Below are positions 1 to 9,221 of a DNA stretch of 64,000 nt, in pieces. Each line of letters begins with the position of its first letter. The first letter of the stretch is position 1. The DNA is taken from positions 1,408,947 to 1,472,946 of the forward strand of contig CBDDKV010000002.1 in the NCBI GenBank assembly GCA_965230395.1, written 5' to 3'. The notes below the pieces were generated by a model. The model had not been told where the DNA came from, searched no databases, and saw nothing but the letters and a program-made list of their open reading frames with translations. Origin of the DNA: Bacteroidales bacterium. GTDB taxonomy: Bacteria > Bacteroidota > Bacteroidia > Bacteroidales > UBA10428. Position numbers and translations under genes: made by a program.

Positions 1-1449
1 GATTTTAATATTATTCGGAGAAACATAAAAGGCCTTCAGCACTTAATAAGGCAGTTGCTTGAATTTAGAAAGGTGGAGACGGGAAGTTTAACGATAGAGG
101 TTAAAGAAAGAAACCTATCCCGGGATCTGGATGTTTTGGCCGGAAATTTTATACCTCTGGCAGAAAAGAAGGGCATAGACTATTTAGTAGAAACCGGCAA
201 GTCCATGTCTGGTTGGTGCGACATAGATGTGCTGGAAAAAATACTGCACAATGTTCTGTCAAACGCATTTAAATATACTTCAGAATCAGGTAAGATTAAA
301 TTCGCAGCAGATGTTACCGGCTCCGGAAAGGACAAAAAACTAGAGGTGTCAATAGCTGATAATGGATGTGGAATATCAGAAGAAGAATTAAAGTATATTT
401 TTGACCGGTTTTACCGGTTAGGGAAAGAAAAAAAAAGTGTGTCGGGTTCAGGAATAGGACTGGCATTAACAAAAAGCCTGGTAGATGCACACCATGGTAA
501 AATATCCGTTGAAAGTCCGGTTGGTGTGGGGACAACCTTTTTTGTTACCATCCCCTTGTCAGCATCTGTTTATACCGACGAAGAAATCAGTTTGGGGGCA
601 AACGGGGAACTGGCAGGCTCCAGCGTTGAGCCGGACAGTATCCTTACAGAAGAAATGGTACAGGTAGAACAGAAGGAATGGGATGTAGACGGAAGAAAAA
701 AACATAAAGTACTGATTGTTGAGGACAACGCAGATTTTCGTCAGATTTTAAAAGGCCATTTAGAAAAAGAGTTTATTGTTAAAACAGCAGGAAATGGGTC
801 GAAAGCATTGGAGTTGCTTACGGGTGAATATTTTGAGTTAGTGGTGTCCGATGTTATGATGCCTGAGATGGATGGGGTAGAGCTATGCTCAAAAATTAAG
901 GAGTCAATAGAAACAAGTCATATTCCGGTTATATTGCTAACAGCAAGGGTAACTGAAAAAGATAAGCAGGAGGGATATTATTCCGGTGCCGACTCTTACC
1001 TGACAAAACCTGTAAACCTTGAATTATTGCATACAAGAATTGTATCGTTAATAAAGTCCAGGGAAAAACTAAGGGAAGCTTATAAAGATACAATGACAAT
1101 TATACCGGAGAAAAAACTGATGAGTGTCGATGAAGAATTTCTGGCGAAGGCAAAGCAAATTGTCCTTGATAATATCAGTAACTCCGGCTTTGGACTAAAA
1201 GACTTGTATACCGGCTTAGGAACAAGCAATTCCACATTGTACAGAAAACTGACATCACTTACAGGTTTAAACCCCAATGAATTTATAAAGAAAATAAAGT
1301 TGAAAAAAGCGGCACAGCTTTTAAAGGTGAAGGGCACTACAGTTTCTGAGGTAATGTACCAGACAGGGTATAACGATTTAAGTTATTTTGGTGTTTGCTT
1401 TAAAAAAGAATTCGGCAAGTCACCTTCGGAATATATGAAGAGGAAATAA
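1..1449 (+). CDS. hybrid two-component sensor, C-terminal part (HATPase_c + receiver + AraC-type HTH); 5' end lies outside the window
   Basis: Frame 1 is open from nt 1 (DFNIIRRNIKGLQHLIRQLLEFRK looks like the end of a HisKA helix), so the listed TTG start at 55 is internal. ATPase boxes: HNVLSNAFKYT, DNGCGI, GSGIGLALTK. Receiver: KVLIVEDN...VVSDVMMPEMDG...KP. C-terminal AraC/XylS HTH: GYNDLSYFGVCFKKEFGKSPSEY. The domain order is typical of Bacteroidota HTCS regulators. Confidence 0.9.
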   Translation, partial: DFNIIRRNIKGLQHLIRQLLEFRKVETGSLTIEVKERNLSRDLDVLAGNFIPLAEKKGIDYLVETGKSMSGWCDIDVLEKILHNVLSNAFKYTSESGKIKFAADVTGSGKDKKLEVSIADNGCGISEEELKYIFDRFYRLGKEKKSVSGSGIGLALTKSLVDAHHGKISVESPVGVGTTFFVTIPLSASVYTDEEISLGANGELAGSSVEPDSILTEEMVQVEQKEWDVDGRKKHKVLIVEDNADFRQILKGHLEKEFIVKTAGNGSKALELLTGEYFELVVSDVMMPEMDGVELCSKIKESIETSHIPVILLTARVTEKDKQEGYYSGADSYLTKPVNLELLHTRIVSLIKSREKLREAYKDTMTIIPEKKLMSVDEEFLAKAKQIVLDNISNSGFGLKDLYTGLGTSNSTLYRKLTSLTGLNPNEFIKKIKLKKAAQLLKVKGTTVSEVMYQTGYNDLSYFGVCFKKEFGKSPSEYMKRK

Positions 1450-1553
1450 TGGTTGACTGTAAAGCATCACTAACGGCATTTGTTATATAGTAAAAAACAT
1501 GGTGGACGGAAGCAATGCGGGGTTCAGTGTAGCCAATTTTCCGGGTTCGGTGT

Positions 1554-2165
1554 TTATACCAACTCTTCAAGTTCCGGAAAAGTAAAATAATTGTATTTGG
1601 AATCAATGTAAAACCGGTCTTCGTCTTTGGAATTTGAATTTAAGCCCTGGCGGTGCTTTTTTAATATTTTCAACCCATTGTTTTCAGTGTGCTTCATGTA
1701 AATGCAAGCAGATTCGTCAAATACAGGTTTGTTAGATTCGTATAACCTTGTTATTTCATTTACCCCGCCAATCTCATCAATAATCCGGTTTGTTAACTTG
1801 CCAATGCCTGTATAAATAATTCCCGATTTAATGTCCTCTATTGCCCTGATTAAAATCCCTCCCAATGAACCATTGTTGTCCCCACAGGTAATATCGATTC
1901 CTTTTTGCATCAGGCGCATATATTTCTCAGGATTTTTGAACCTGTGAAAATAGAATTTTGAATTAAGTTTTTGTCTCGGGCTTTTATGACAGTAAAAGTC
2001 GGTGTGGATGTGATTGTAATAATAAAACTCAATTTCCCGTATTCTGTATGAATTTTCTTTTGTAACCAGTTCGGTGCAGTTGAGGATCATTTTTGCAATT
2101 CTGTCGAACTCGGTGATATAACCGGAACGGTTTTCGCAATTTTTAATGTTTAAGGTATTGTCCAT
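1554..2165 (-). CDS. hypothetical protein; weak resemblance to the 3-methyladenine DNA glycosylase (AAG/MPG) pattern
   Basis: 203-aa ORF with no overlapping competitor. The string IREIEFYYY..HTDFYCHKSPRQ...FYFHRF...GIDITCGD...GGILIRAIED loosely parallels the AAG pattern (I.E.EAY..D.A.H...R...YVY...N...AVLIRA.E). No search was run. Confidence 0.55.
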   Translation of the reverse strand: MDNTLNIKNCENRSGYITEFDRIAKMILNCTELVTKENSYRIREIEFYYYNHIHTDFYCHKSPRQKLNSKFYFHRFKNPEKYMRLMQKGIDITCGDNNGSLGGILIRAIEDIKSGIIYTGIGKLTNRIIDEIGGVNEITRLYESNKPVFDESACIYMKHTENNGLKILKKHRQGLNSNSKDEDRFYIDSKYNYFTFPELEELV

Positions 2166-2353
2166 TATATTATCCGGGTTATCGGGGGAAAACTGAGGTT
2201 AGGTATTTTTTTAAGTTTCCCGGTTTCAAATTTAATATCAATTTTAGTAACGGACAGAAAACGGACAGCCAAATATGGCAGGGTTACAAAAAAAAGGAGG
2301 GGGCAACAGGGAAAGTGCATTTCCGATACGATTATCCGAAATTTGTTATACAA

Positions 2354-2382
2354 ACAGGGGTGGCGTTTGGCGCCACTCCTGT
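2354..2382. terminator. GC-rich hairpin between two minus-strand genes (possible bidirectional terminator)
   Basis: ACAGGGGTGGCG-tttgg-CGCCACTCCTGT. It is followed by TTTTAGTTTT on the plus strand and lies just 3' of the stop of 2412..3215. Confidence 0.4.
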
Positions 2383-2411
2383 TTTAGTTTTATCAATGTT
2401 GAAATAAATTT

Positions 2412-3215
2412 CTATTCTGAATCAAGGTTAACCATAAGAGGCGAATAATAATACGCCTTAAGATGTTCCCTTTTAAGTGTTTTGGTTACTGTTTTGTATC
2501 CGGGCTTGGAAATCGTCACCTTATATTTACTATAACCGTCATTTATGCGGATAAGGTTGGTTTCAGCAGCCAATACATTATTGAATATCTCTGTTGTGTC
2601 CCCGCATACGTTCAAAGTTGCATCGGTAAGTTCATAGTTCTGTGTTTTTGGGCTATACACAAATGCACTGATATGGAAGTAAAATGTTTTAACAATTTCG
2701 AAAGAGAACGTTGAGTACCCGAAATCTTTAGGGCTGAATTCGCGGCTACATATAACTTCAGGCACAAGCTTTTTTACCTCGTCTTTTTTCAGGCGGAAGT
2801 CGATATCCAAAGGATCTTTAACCAAATATGCCTTAGGGGAACCTTCTTTTGGGGTTGCATATCTTACCTTATTATTAGAGGATACTACCATAAAGTCAGT
2901 AATTTTATAATCACCAACTTTTAAGTATATAGGTTCTGTAATGTATTCAGAGCCAAAATTAATAAGAGAGATTCTTTTTGAAGGATAAACAATTTTACCA
3001 GTAGAGTTCTTGATGGTAACTATTATGGCATCAAAAAAAGCATCTGTGCTTTTAAGTGCGTCAGACTGAATATTAACGGCAAATTCAACCTGGGCACTTT
3101 CATCTGCAGGTTCTGTAATGTCGTTGTCACATGACTGGATAACAAAGCTTAACAATGCTATTGGTAAAATAATGTACCTGGCTAATTTACTTAATTTAGT
3201 CGCTTTTAATTTCAT
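2412..3215 (-). CDS. hypothetical lipoprotein
   Basis: N-terminal signal with a lipobox-like LSFVIQSC; the remainder is beta-rich. No recognisable catalytic motif. Confidence 0.7.
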   Translation of the reverse strand: MKLKATKLSKLARYIILPIALLSFVIQSCDNDITEPADESAQVEFAVNIQSDALKSTDAFFDAIIVTIKNSTGKIVYPSKRISLINFGSEYITEPIYLKVGDYKITDFMVVSSNNKVRYATPKEGSPKAYLVKDPLDIDFRLKKDEVKKLVPEVICSREFSPKDFGYSTFSFEIVKTFYFHISAFVYSPKTQNYELTDATLNVCGDTTEIFNNVLAAETNLIRINDGYSKYKVTISKPGYKTVTKTLKREHLKAYYYSPLMVNLDSE

Positions 3216-4209
3216 TTTTTTATAGGTTTTAATGCTTGGTTATTAGATAAAATGTTTGATTGTTAGATAAAAATATTTCTTCTAAGGAATGAGCATATCC
3301 CCGGTCATTGTTGACTTCAGCGAAGAATTGTGAAACCAACTGCAAGAATCTTTTCTTTTAAAAATTTAATATTTAGGTTGTCATAATTAGCTTTAGAGGT
3401 TATTCCATTCTAAACTACAAATTTCAGCATGTGCCCAATACAGAAATCAGGCATATACAGTGTTTGAAAACAACTGTGTATTCTTAACTAAAATGCATTT
3501 AAGTAAAAGTCTAAGTAATATTTGAAGCAAAAAGCCGGAACAAAATTAAACACCAACACACTCTCTATCTTAACAACGTTAATGTTGTATTTCAATTATT
3601 AGACGTTCTCTCTAAACTCTGTTGTTGATCTTGTTTTTATTTGCTCTGTGACAAAACTAGTTTATTTCTAAGCTTAAGTCAATAAAACAGTGGCGAACGT
3701 AGAATATATGTTGATGAACGGGGGGAAAATGTTAGCTAACATTTAAAGGGTATATATAAACTGTTTAAGCAAGGGGGGGCTTTTGTTTATTCTGGGCATT
3801 AAGTTGTAAATGTCGTGTTGTATATTTTATCTCATTTTTTTATTTCTACAAGGTGCGGTTTGCAAACCGTAGCCATGGCTGCGGTTAAGAACCGGAACGT
3901 AGTAGAAAGAGAAAAGAGGTTTAAAATTAAGCACCGTTATTTATTATTTGATGCACTGGTGCGGGGATCTTATATCTCTGCTTATTCTCATATATAAGTG
4001 ATAGGAAAACCAGTACAGCTTAACGTGACGTATATATTGTAAATATTTTTCAGGGTAGGTTAAAAATGTATCTGCCTACCTTTCAGAATTCAGGATTATG
4101 AATACGACGAAACCGAAATAGTTGGTTAATTGATAAATACCCCGTATTTCTCATATCTTTTTTTATATCTTTCTGCCTGAATATACTTAAATAAACAGAA
4201 GGAAAAGTC

Positions 4210-6645
4210 ATGAAGAAGCTTACCCTATTTAGTTTGATATTGTTCAACTCTTTCATGTTAATGGCCCAGTCACCTGTTATAGATAGTCTTGAAAACGAAT
4301 TAAAGCAACACACAGAGGTAGATACTACACGGATTAATATCTTAAATGCCCTTGCCTATAAGCTTCAATCAACCGATTCGGAAAGGGCAATGGAATACGC
4401 AAACGAAGCTTTGGCAAATGCAGATAAAATAGATGATGCTCCCTTGAAAATAGGGGCTTTACGTATGTTGGGAATTGTTTATTCAAGGAAGGGCGATTTT
4501 CAACAAAGCTTAAAATATTTTCAGAAAGCACTGGACATTGCAGTGGAAAACGACATAAAAGAAGGTTTGTTAAGGTGTTATCTTAATATAGGTATCGTGT
4601 ATTCAAACCTGGGGGATTTTTCAATGGCTATTGAGCATTATCAAAAAGCATTGGATATATCGGAAGAAACAAAAGATAACAATGGGAGAATGTTGTGCTA
4701 TAATAGTATTGGGGCCTATTATAATTCACAGGGGAATTATCCAAAAGCAACTGAATATCTTCAAAAATCATATTTGCTGGCAGAAGAGTTTGGACAGAAG
4801 AGGGACATGGCAACCAGTTTAAATAATCTGGCAAATATTGAGTACATCCAGGAGAATTATTCTAAATCGCTTGAATATCTTCATCAATCATTGAAAATTG
4901 ATGAGGAAATAGGCAACACAGGTGGAGTTGCAACCGAATTATATAATATTGGGTTTATCCTCAAAAACCAAAAGAAGTATTCGGAAGCATTTGGGTATTA
5001 TAAAAAATCGCTTGAGTTGAGAAGACAGGTGGGGGATAAGCCGGGGGTTGTTTATTCCTTAACCGGTTTAAGCAGCTTGTCCAGAATTGAAGGTAACTAC
5101 AAAGAGTCCCTTGATTATTTAGAAGAAGGTTTGCGTATTGCAGAGGAAATGGGGGACAATATACAGATTTGTATGGTAAAGCGGGGTATTGGAAAAGTGT
5201 ACCTGGAGAAACAAATGCCTAAAAAAGCACTGGGCTATGTGCTGGAAAGCCTTGAAATTGCGAAAACTCTTGGGATGACAGACGAGAAGAAGGACGTTAA
5301 CGAACTACTCTCGGAAATTTACGCCGAAATGGGCAGTTATAAAAAAGCCTATGAATTCCATAAAGCCTATAAGGAATTAAATGATAGCCTATTTAATAAA
5401 GAAAGTGTAAAGAAAATAGCAAACCTGACCCGTCAATACGAATTTGATAAGGAAAAACAAGCACTTGAAGCAGAACAGCAAAAGAAAGAGGCTGTTTATA
5501 AACACAAAATGAAAGAGCAAAAAACAATTAGCTATGCAGCCATTATCGGATTTATACTAATGGGAGTAATTGTTGTACTTGTATTTAGGGGACTTAGAAT
5601 TAAAAGGGAGTCGCACCGGCAGCTTGAAAAGCAGAAAAAGAAAATTGAAGAGGATAACAAAACATTAAAAAAACTGAATACCACGAAGGATAAATTTTTC
5701 TCGATTATTGCACATGATTTAAGGAGCCCCCTGGGGACCCTTCATAATATGGGAGAGATTTTATTGTTAAAACAGGGGCAGGTCGATGAGAACTACAGGC
5801 AGAGGGTTACAGAATCGTTGGTGGAAAGTACAAAAACAACGTTTAACTTACTGGATAACCTGCTAAAGTGGGCCAGGGCAAACCTGGGGCAGATGAACTT
5901 TAAACCGCAGAAGATTAAAGTAAACGATATCATAAATGAGAATGTAGACATTTACAGAACTTCCCTTGAAGCCAAGAATATAGGGTTGGTGAATTCTATA
6001 AAGCACGGTATTTATATTTATGGCGATCGGGATATGGTGAACACGATAATACGAAACTTGCTCTCCAATGCAATAAAGTTTACCCCTGAAAACGGAACAA
6101 TAGAGATCCTGTCTAAAAAAACAGCACCGGACAAGATAGAAATTGGGGTGTCTGATACAGGAATGGGGATGGATGCAGGTGCAATCTCTAAATTGTTCCG
6201 GGACGACACAAACTATACAACTTACGGAACGAATAAAGAAAAAGGATCGGGTTTAGGGCTAAAGCTTTGCAAAGAGTTTGTGGAGAAGAATAAAGGTGAA
6301 ATAAAGATAGAGAGTGAGCCGGGCGAGGGAACAATCTTCTGGGTTGTTTTTCAACTGGAAGAAAGTGAGGGAGAGGTTGATGTGAATGTCAATGCATCAA
6401 TTAAAAAGGTAAACAGGGACAAAGTGTTACCTGTGCTTACGGACGAGGAAAAAGGTTTGATTACAAAGGGCTTATATGCACTAAGAAATACCAGGATTTA
6501 TGAGATAAGTAAGTTAAGGAAGATACTGGCAGAAACAGAGAGCGACAAAAATGAGAATATTGAACGCTGGAAAGAGGCGGTAGAAAGGGCTGTGCAGAAT
6601 GAAGACGTTAAAGCTTATAAGGAGTTAATCGGGAGCGGGGATTGA
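4210..6645 (+). CDS. TPR-repeat sensor histidine kinase with a C-terminal helical extension
   Basis: Signal/TM at the N-terminus. About 9 TPR-like repeats (LNNLANIEY..Y.KSLEY..QSLKI). One TM segment (ISYAAIIGFILMGVIVVLVF) and a coiled coil. HisKA H-box FFSIIAHDLRSPL. HATPase boxes LLSNAIKFT, DTGMGM, GSGLGLKLC. About 90 extra residues follow the ATPase domain. Confidence 0.9.
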   Translation: MKKLTLFSLILFNSFMLMAQSPVIDSLENELKQHTEVDTTRINILNALAYKLQSTDSERAMEYANEALANADKIDDAPLKIGALRMLGIVYSRKGDFQQSLKYFQKALDIAVENDIKEGLLRCYLNIGIVYSNLGDFSMAIEHYQKALDISEETKDNNGRMLCYNSIGAYYNSQGNYPKATEYLQKSYLLAEEFGQKRDMATSLNNLANIEYIQENYSKSLEYLHQSLKIDEEIGNTGGVATELYNIGFILKNQKKYSEAFGYYKKSLELRRQVGDKPGVVYSLTGLSSLSRIEGNYKESLDYLEEGLRIAEEMGDNIQICMVKRGIGKVYLEKQMPKKALGYVLESLEIAKTLGMTDEKKDVNELLSEIYAEMGSYKKAYEFHKAYKELNDSLFNKESVKKIANLTRQYEFDKEKQALEAEQQKKEAVYKHKMKEQKTISYAAIIGFILMGVIVVLVFRGLRIKRESHRQLEKQKKKIEEDNKTLKKLNTTKDKFFSIIAHDLRSPLGTLHNMGEILLLKQGQVDENYRQRVTESLVESTKTTFNLLDNLLKWARANLGQMNFKPQKIKVNDIINENVDIYRTSLEAKNIGLVNSIKHGIYIYGDRDMVNTIIRNLLSNAIKFTPENGTIEILSKKTAPDKIEIGVSDTGMGMDAGAISKLFRDDTNYTTYGTNKEKGSGLGLKLCKEFVEKNKGEIKIESEPGEGTIFWVVFQLEESEGEVDVNVNASIKKVNRDKVLPVLTDEEKGLITKGLYALRNTRIYEISKLRKILAETESDKNENIERWKEAVERAVQNEDVKAYKELIGSGD

Positions 6646-6948
6646 TAAAATTTAAACGGTCTCTACATTTTTACACCAACACCCAACACCCAACACCCAA
6701 TTGCTAACAGCCAACCCCCAACCCCTCATCCAAAAACTCTGTTCTGGTGTCATTTTGAGCGGAGTCGAAAAATGCTGTAAATAAAATTCGTCAGGTGATT
6801 ATTGCCCCGTGAATCAGGGAGCAATGAGGCTGTTCACATTACTTCCACCGCAAATTCAAGGTTACCTCCTAAACGGACAGTGCATCACCTAATCTATTTA
6901 ATTGAAGATTGGAACGCGAAACATTCGTGCGCGAGTTGGAGCGGAATC

Positions 6949-7400
6949 TTAATCCCAGACATACCTTTCATCATATTCAACATGATATTTTTTCAGAAAG
7001 GCAAGATATTCGTCTTTATAGGTCTTCTTTTTATGGTGTTCATTTTGGTTTTGTATGTAATTGACTACAGTTTCAATCTCGGATGGATTCACTGAGAAGC
7101 TACCATATCCCTTTTGCCAATAGAACTTTTGGTATTTACTTCCCTTTGTTTTTATCCATTTGGAAGAATGAGATTTTAATTCTTCAATTAATTTCATCAA
7201 TGCAATTTTTCTTGATAGTAAACAAAGTATATGTATGTGATCTTTAACCCCTCCTACCTGAACAGGATTGCATTCCATGTTTTTACAGATGCCGCCTAAA
7301 TAGTTAAATAACTCGTCTTTTACTTCATTATCAATAAATGGACTACGGTTTTTTGTACTAAACGTAATGTGTAAATAGTTTTAACCAGAGATTGTGGCAT
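6949..7400 (-). pseudogene. RAYT / IS200-like HUH (Y1) tyrosine transposase, frameshifted near the 5' end
   Basis: The ORF 6949..7278 carries the HUH motif (DHIHIL) and the catalytic-Tyr region (VVNYIQNQNEHH). The same frame stays open up to 7380 (NYLHITFSTKNRSPFIDNEVKDELFNYLGGICKN). The only plausible start (ATG at 7400, MPQSLVK) is in another frame. Adding one A to the A4 run (plus-strand T4 at 7379-7382) gives MPQSLVKNYLHITFSTKNR. Confidence 0.8.
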
Positions 7401-7490
7401 AATTTAAAGCTTTATAGGATTACATGTTAAAAGAAGCTGAAAATAAGGAAAATATTATTATTCAAAGACTTGATCAAATACTTTGTAGTA

Positions 7491-8262
7491 AGGTTAAGGA
7501 TTTCGCGCCTTTGGCGCTTATTAAGCTAAGCGTGCAATAGCCATGAGCTTATACTCATGGGGGTTGATTACGCACCGTTGGTGCTTGGACTAAAGACAGA
7601 GTATAGGATGTGACTCCATTTTATTAGAGAAAGGCGCCAAGGATGTTTGGGGATAAAATATGGGCGGGTTGAGGTTAAGGATTTCGCGCCTTTGGCGCTT
7701 ATTAAGCTAAGCGTGCAATAGCCATGAGCTATACTCATGGGTGTTGATTTCGCACCGTTGGTGCTTGGACTAATGATAGAGTATAGGATGTGACTCCATT
7801 TTATTAGAGAAAGGCGCCGAGGATGTTTGGGGATAAAATATGGGCGGGTTGAGGTTAAGGATTTCGCGCCTTTGGCGCTTATTAAGCTAAGCGTGCAATA
7901 GCCATGAGCTATACTCATGGATGTTGATTTTGCACCGTTGGTGCTTGGACTAAAGACAGAGTATAGGATGTGACTCCATTTTATTAGAGAAAGGCGCCAA
8001 GGATGTTTGGGGATAAAATATGGGCGGGTGTTGAGGTTAAGGATTTCGCGCCTTTGGCGCTTATTAAGCTAAGCGTGCAATAGCCATGAGCTATACTCAT
8101 GGGTGTTGATTTCGCACCATTGGTGCTTGGACTAAAGACAGAGTATAGGATGTGACTCCATTTTATTAGAGAAAGGCGCCAAGGATGTTTGGGGATAAAA
8201 TATGGGCGGGTGTTGAGGTTAAGGATTTCGCGCCTTTGGCGCTTACTTGCTTTCGTGCGGAG
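7491..8262. repeat. tandem repeat type A, about 181 bp x 4.4 copies, built from REP-like hairpins
   Basis: Unit starts (AGGTTAAGGATTTCGCGCC) at 7491, 7672, 7852, 8034 and 8216; the copies differ by only a few substitutions or indels. Each unit holds hairpins GCGCC-ttt-GGCGC, CCATGAG-ctata-CTCATGG and GCACC-gtt-GGTGC. Confidence 0.9.
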
Positions 8263-9221
8263 TAACCATAAGCTATACTCATGGATGTTTATTTCGCACC
8301 GTTGGTGCTTCAGGATATCAAAAAATATAGATAGGGGCAATGCCCTGCTGTTCTTATTCGGTGAAATGGTAAAGCGCCAAAGGCGCATAATCATTAACCC
8401 GGCCGTTATGGCCGGGTTATCTCAAGGCATCTCTAAGCGCCAAGGGCGCGTAATCCTTTGCCTGCTTTCTTTATAAATGGCAAACACAAAAATACCCCGA
8501 AGAATTAATCCCCGGGGTACCAAGCGGACATTCAAGTGGATTAACACCTGCCTGTCCGGTATTTATCACAGATATCTGAAAATAACCATAAGCTATACCC
8601 TTGGGTGTTGATTTCGCACCGTTGGTGCTTCAGGATATCAAAAAATATAGATAGGGGCAATGCTCGGCAGTTCTCATTCGGTGAAATGGTAAAGCGCCAA
8701 AGGCGCGTAATCATTAACCCGGCCGTTATGGCCGGGTTATCTCAAGGCATCTCTAAGCGCCAAGGGCGCGTAATCCTTTGCCTGCTTTCTGTATAAATGC
8801 CAAACACAAAAATACCCCGAAGAATTAATCCCCGGGGTACCAAGCGGACATTCAAGTGGATTAACACCTGCCTGTCCGATATGTATTGCAGATATCTGAA
8901 AATAACCATGAGTTATACTCATGGATGTTTATTTCGCACCGTTGGAGCTTCAGGATATCAAAAAATATAGATAGGGGCAATGCTCTGCTGTTCTTATTCG
9001 GCGAAATGGTAAAGCGCCAAAGGCGCGTAATCCTTAACCCGGCCCTAACGGCCGGGTTATCTCAAGGCAGCTCTAAGCGCCAAGGGCGCGTAATCCTATG
9101 CCGGCTTTCTGTATAAATGCCAAACACAAAAATACCCCGAAGAATTAACCCCCGGGGTACCAAGTGAACATTCGGGTGAATTAACACCTGTCTGTCCGGT
9201 ATTTATCGCAGATATTCGAAA
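8263..9221. repeat. tandem repeat type B, about 320 bp x 3 copies; shares one module with type A
   Basis: Unit starts (TAACCATAAGCTATAC) at 8263, 8583 and 8903. It shares the CCATGAG..CTCATGG + GCACCGTTGGTGC module with type A. It adds two direct copies of AAGCGCCAARGGCGCGTAATC (the reverse complement of the type-A hairpin), CCCGGCC-gttat-GGCCGGG and TACCCCG...CGGGGTA. The array ends one base before the stop codon of the giant gene. Confidence 0.9.

Noticed and set aside
6678-6698. AACACCC x 3 microsatellite downstream of the TPR kinase gene
   Set aside because: It is real but only three units long, with no evident function. It is too small to interpret.
6802-7095. 97-aa plus-strand ORF overlapping the RAYT gene
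   Set aside because: It is antisense to a gene with clear HUH and Tyr motifs and has no features of its own.
7568-9116. ORFs 7568..7918, 7984..8394, 8189..8476, 8605..8796, 8737..8922 and 8886..9116 as protein-coding genes
   Set aside because: They are reading frames that happen to stay open across the tandem repeats. Their translations simply repeat with the DNA period, and they lack plausible starts or any protein-like motif.
7491-9221. Possible CRISPR array, because of regularly spaced repeats with palindromes
   Set aside because: The units are 181 and 320 bp long and nearly identical over their whole length. There are no unique spacers, and no cas genes are present in the window. It is a tandem macro-repeat of REP-like hairpins.
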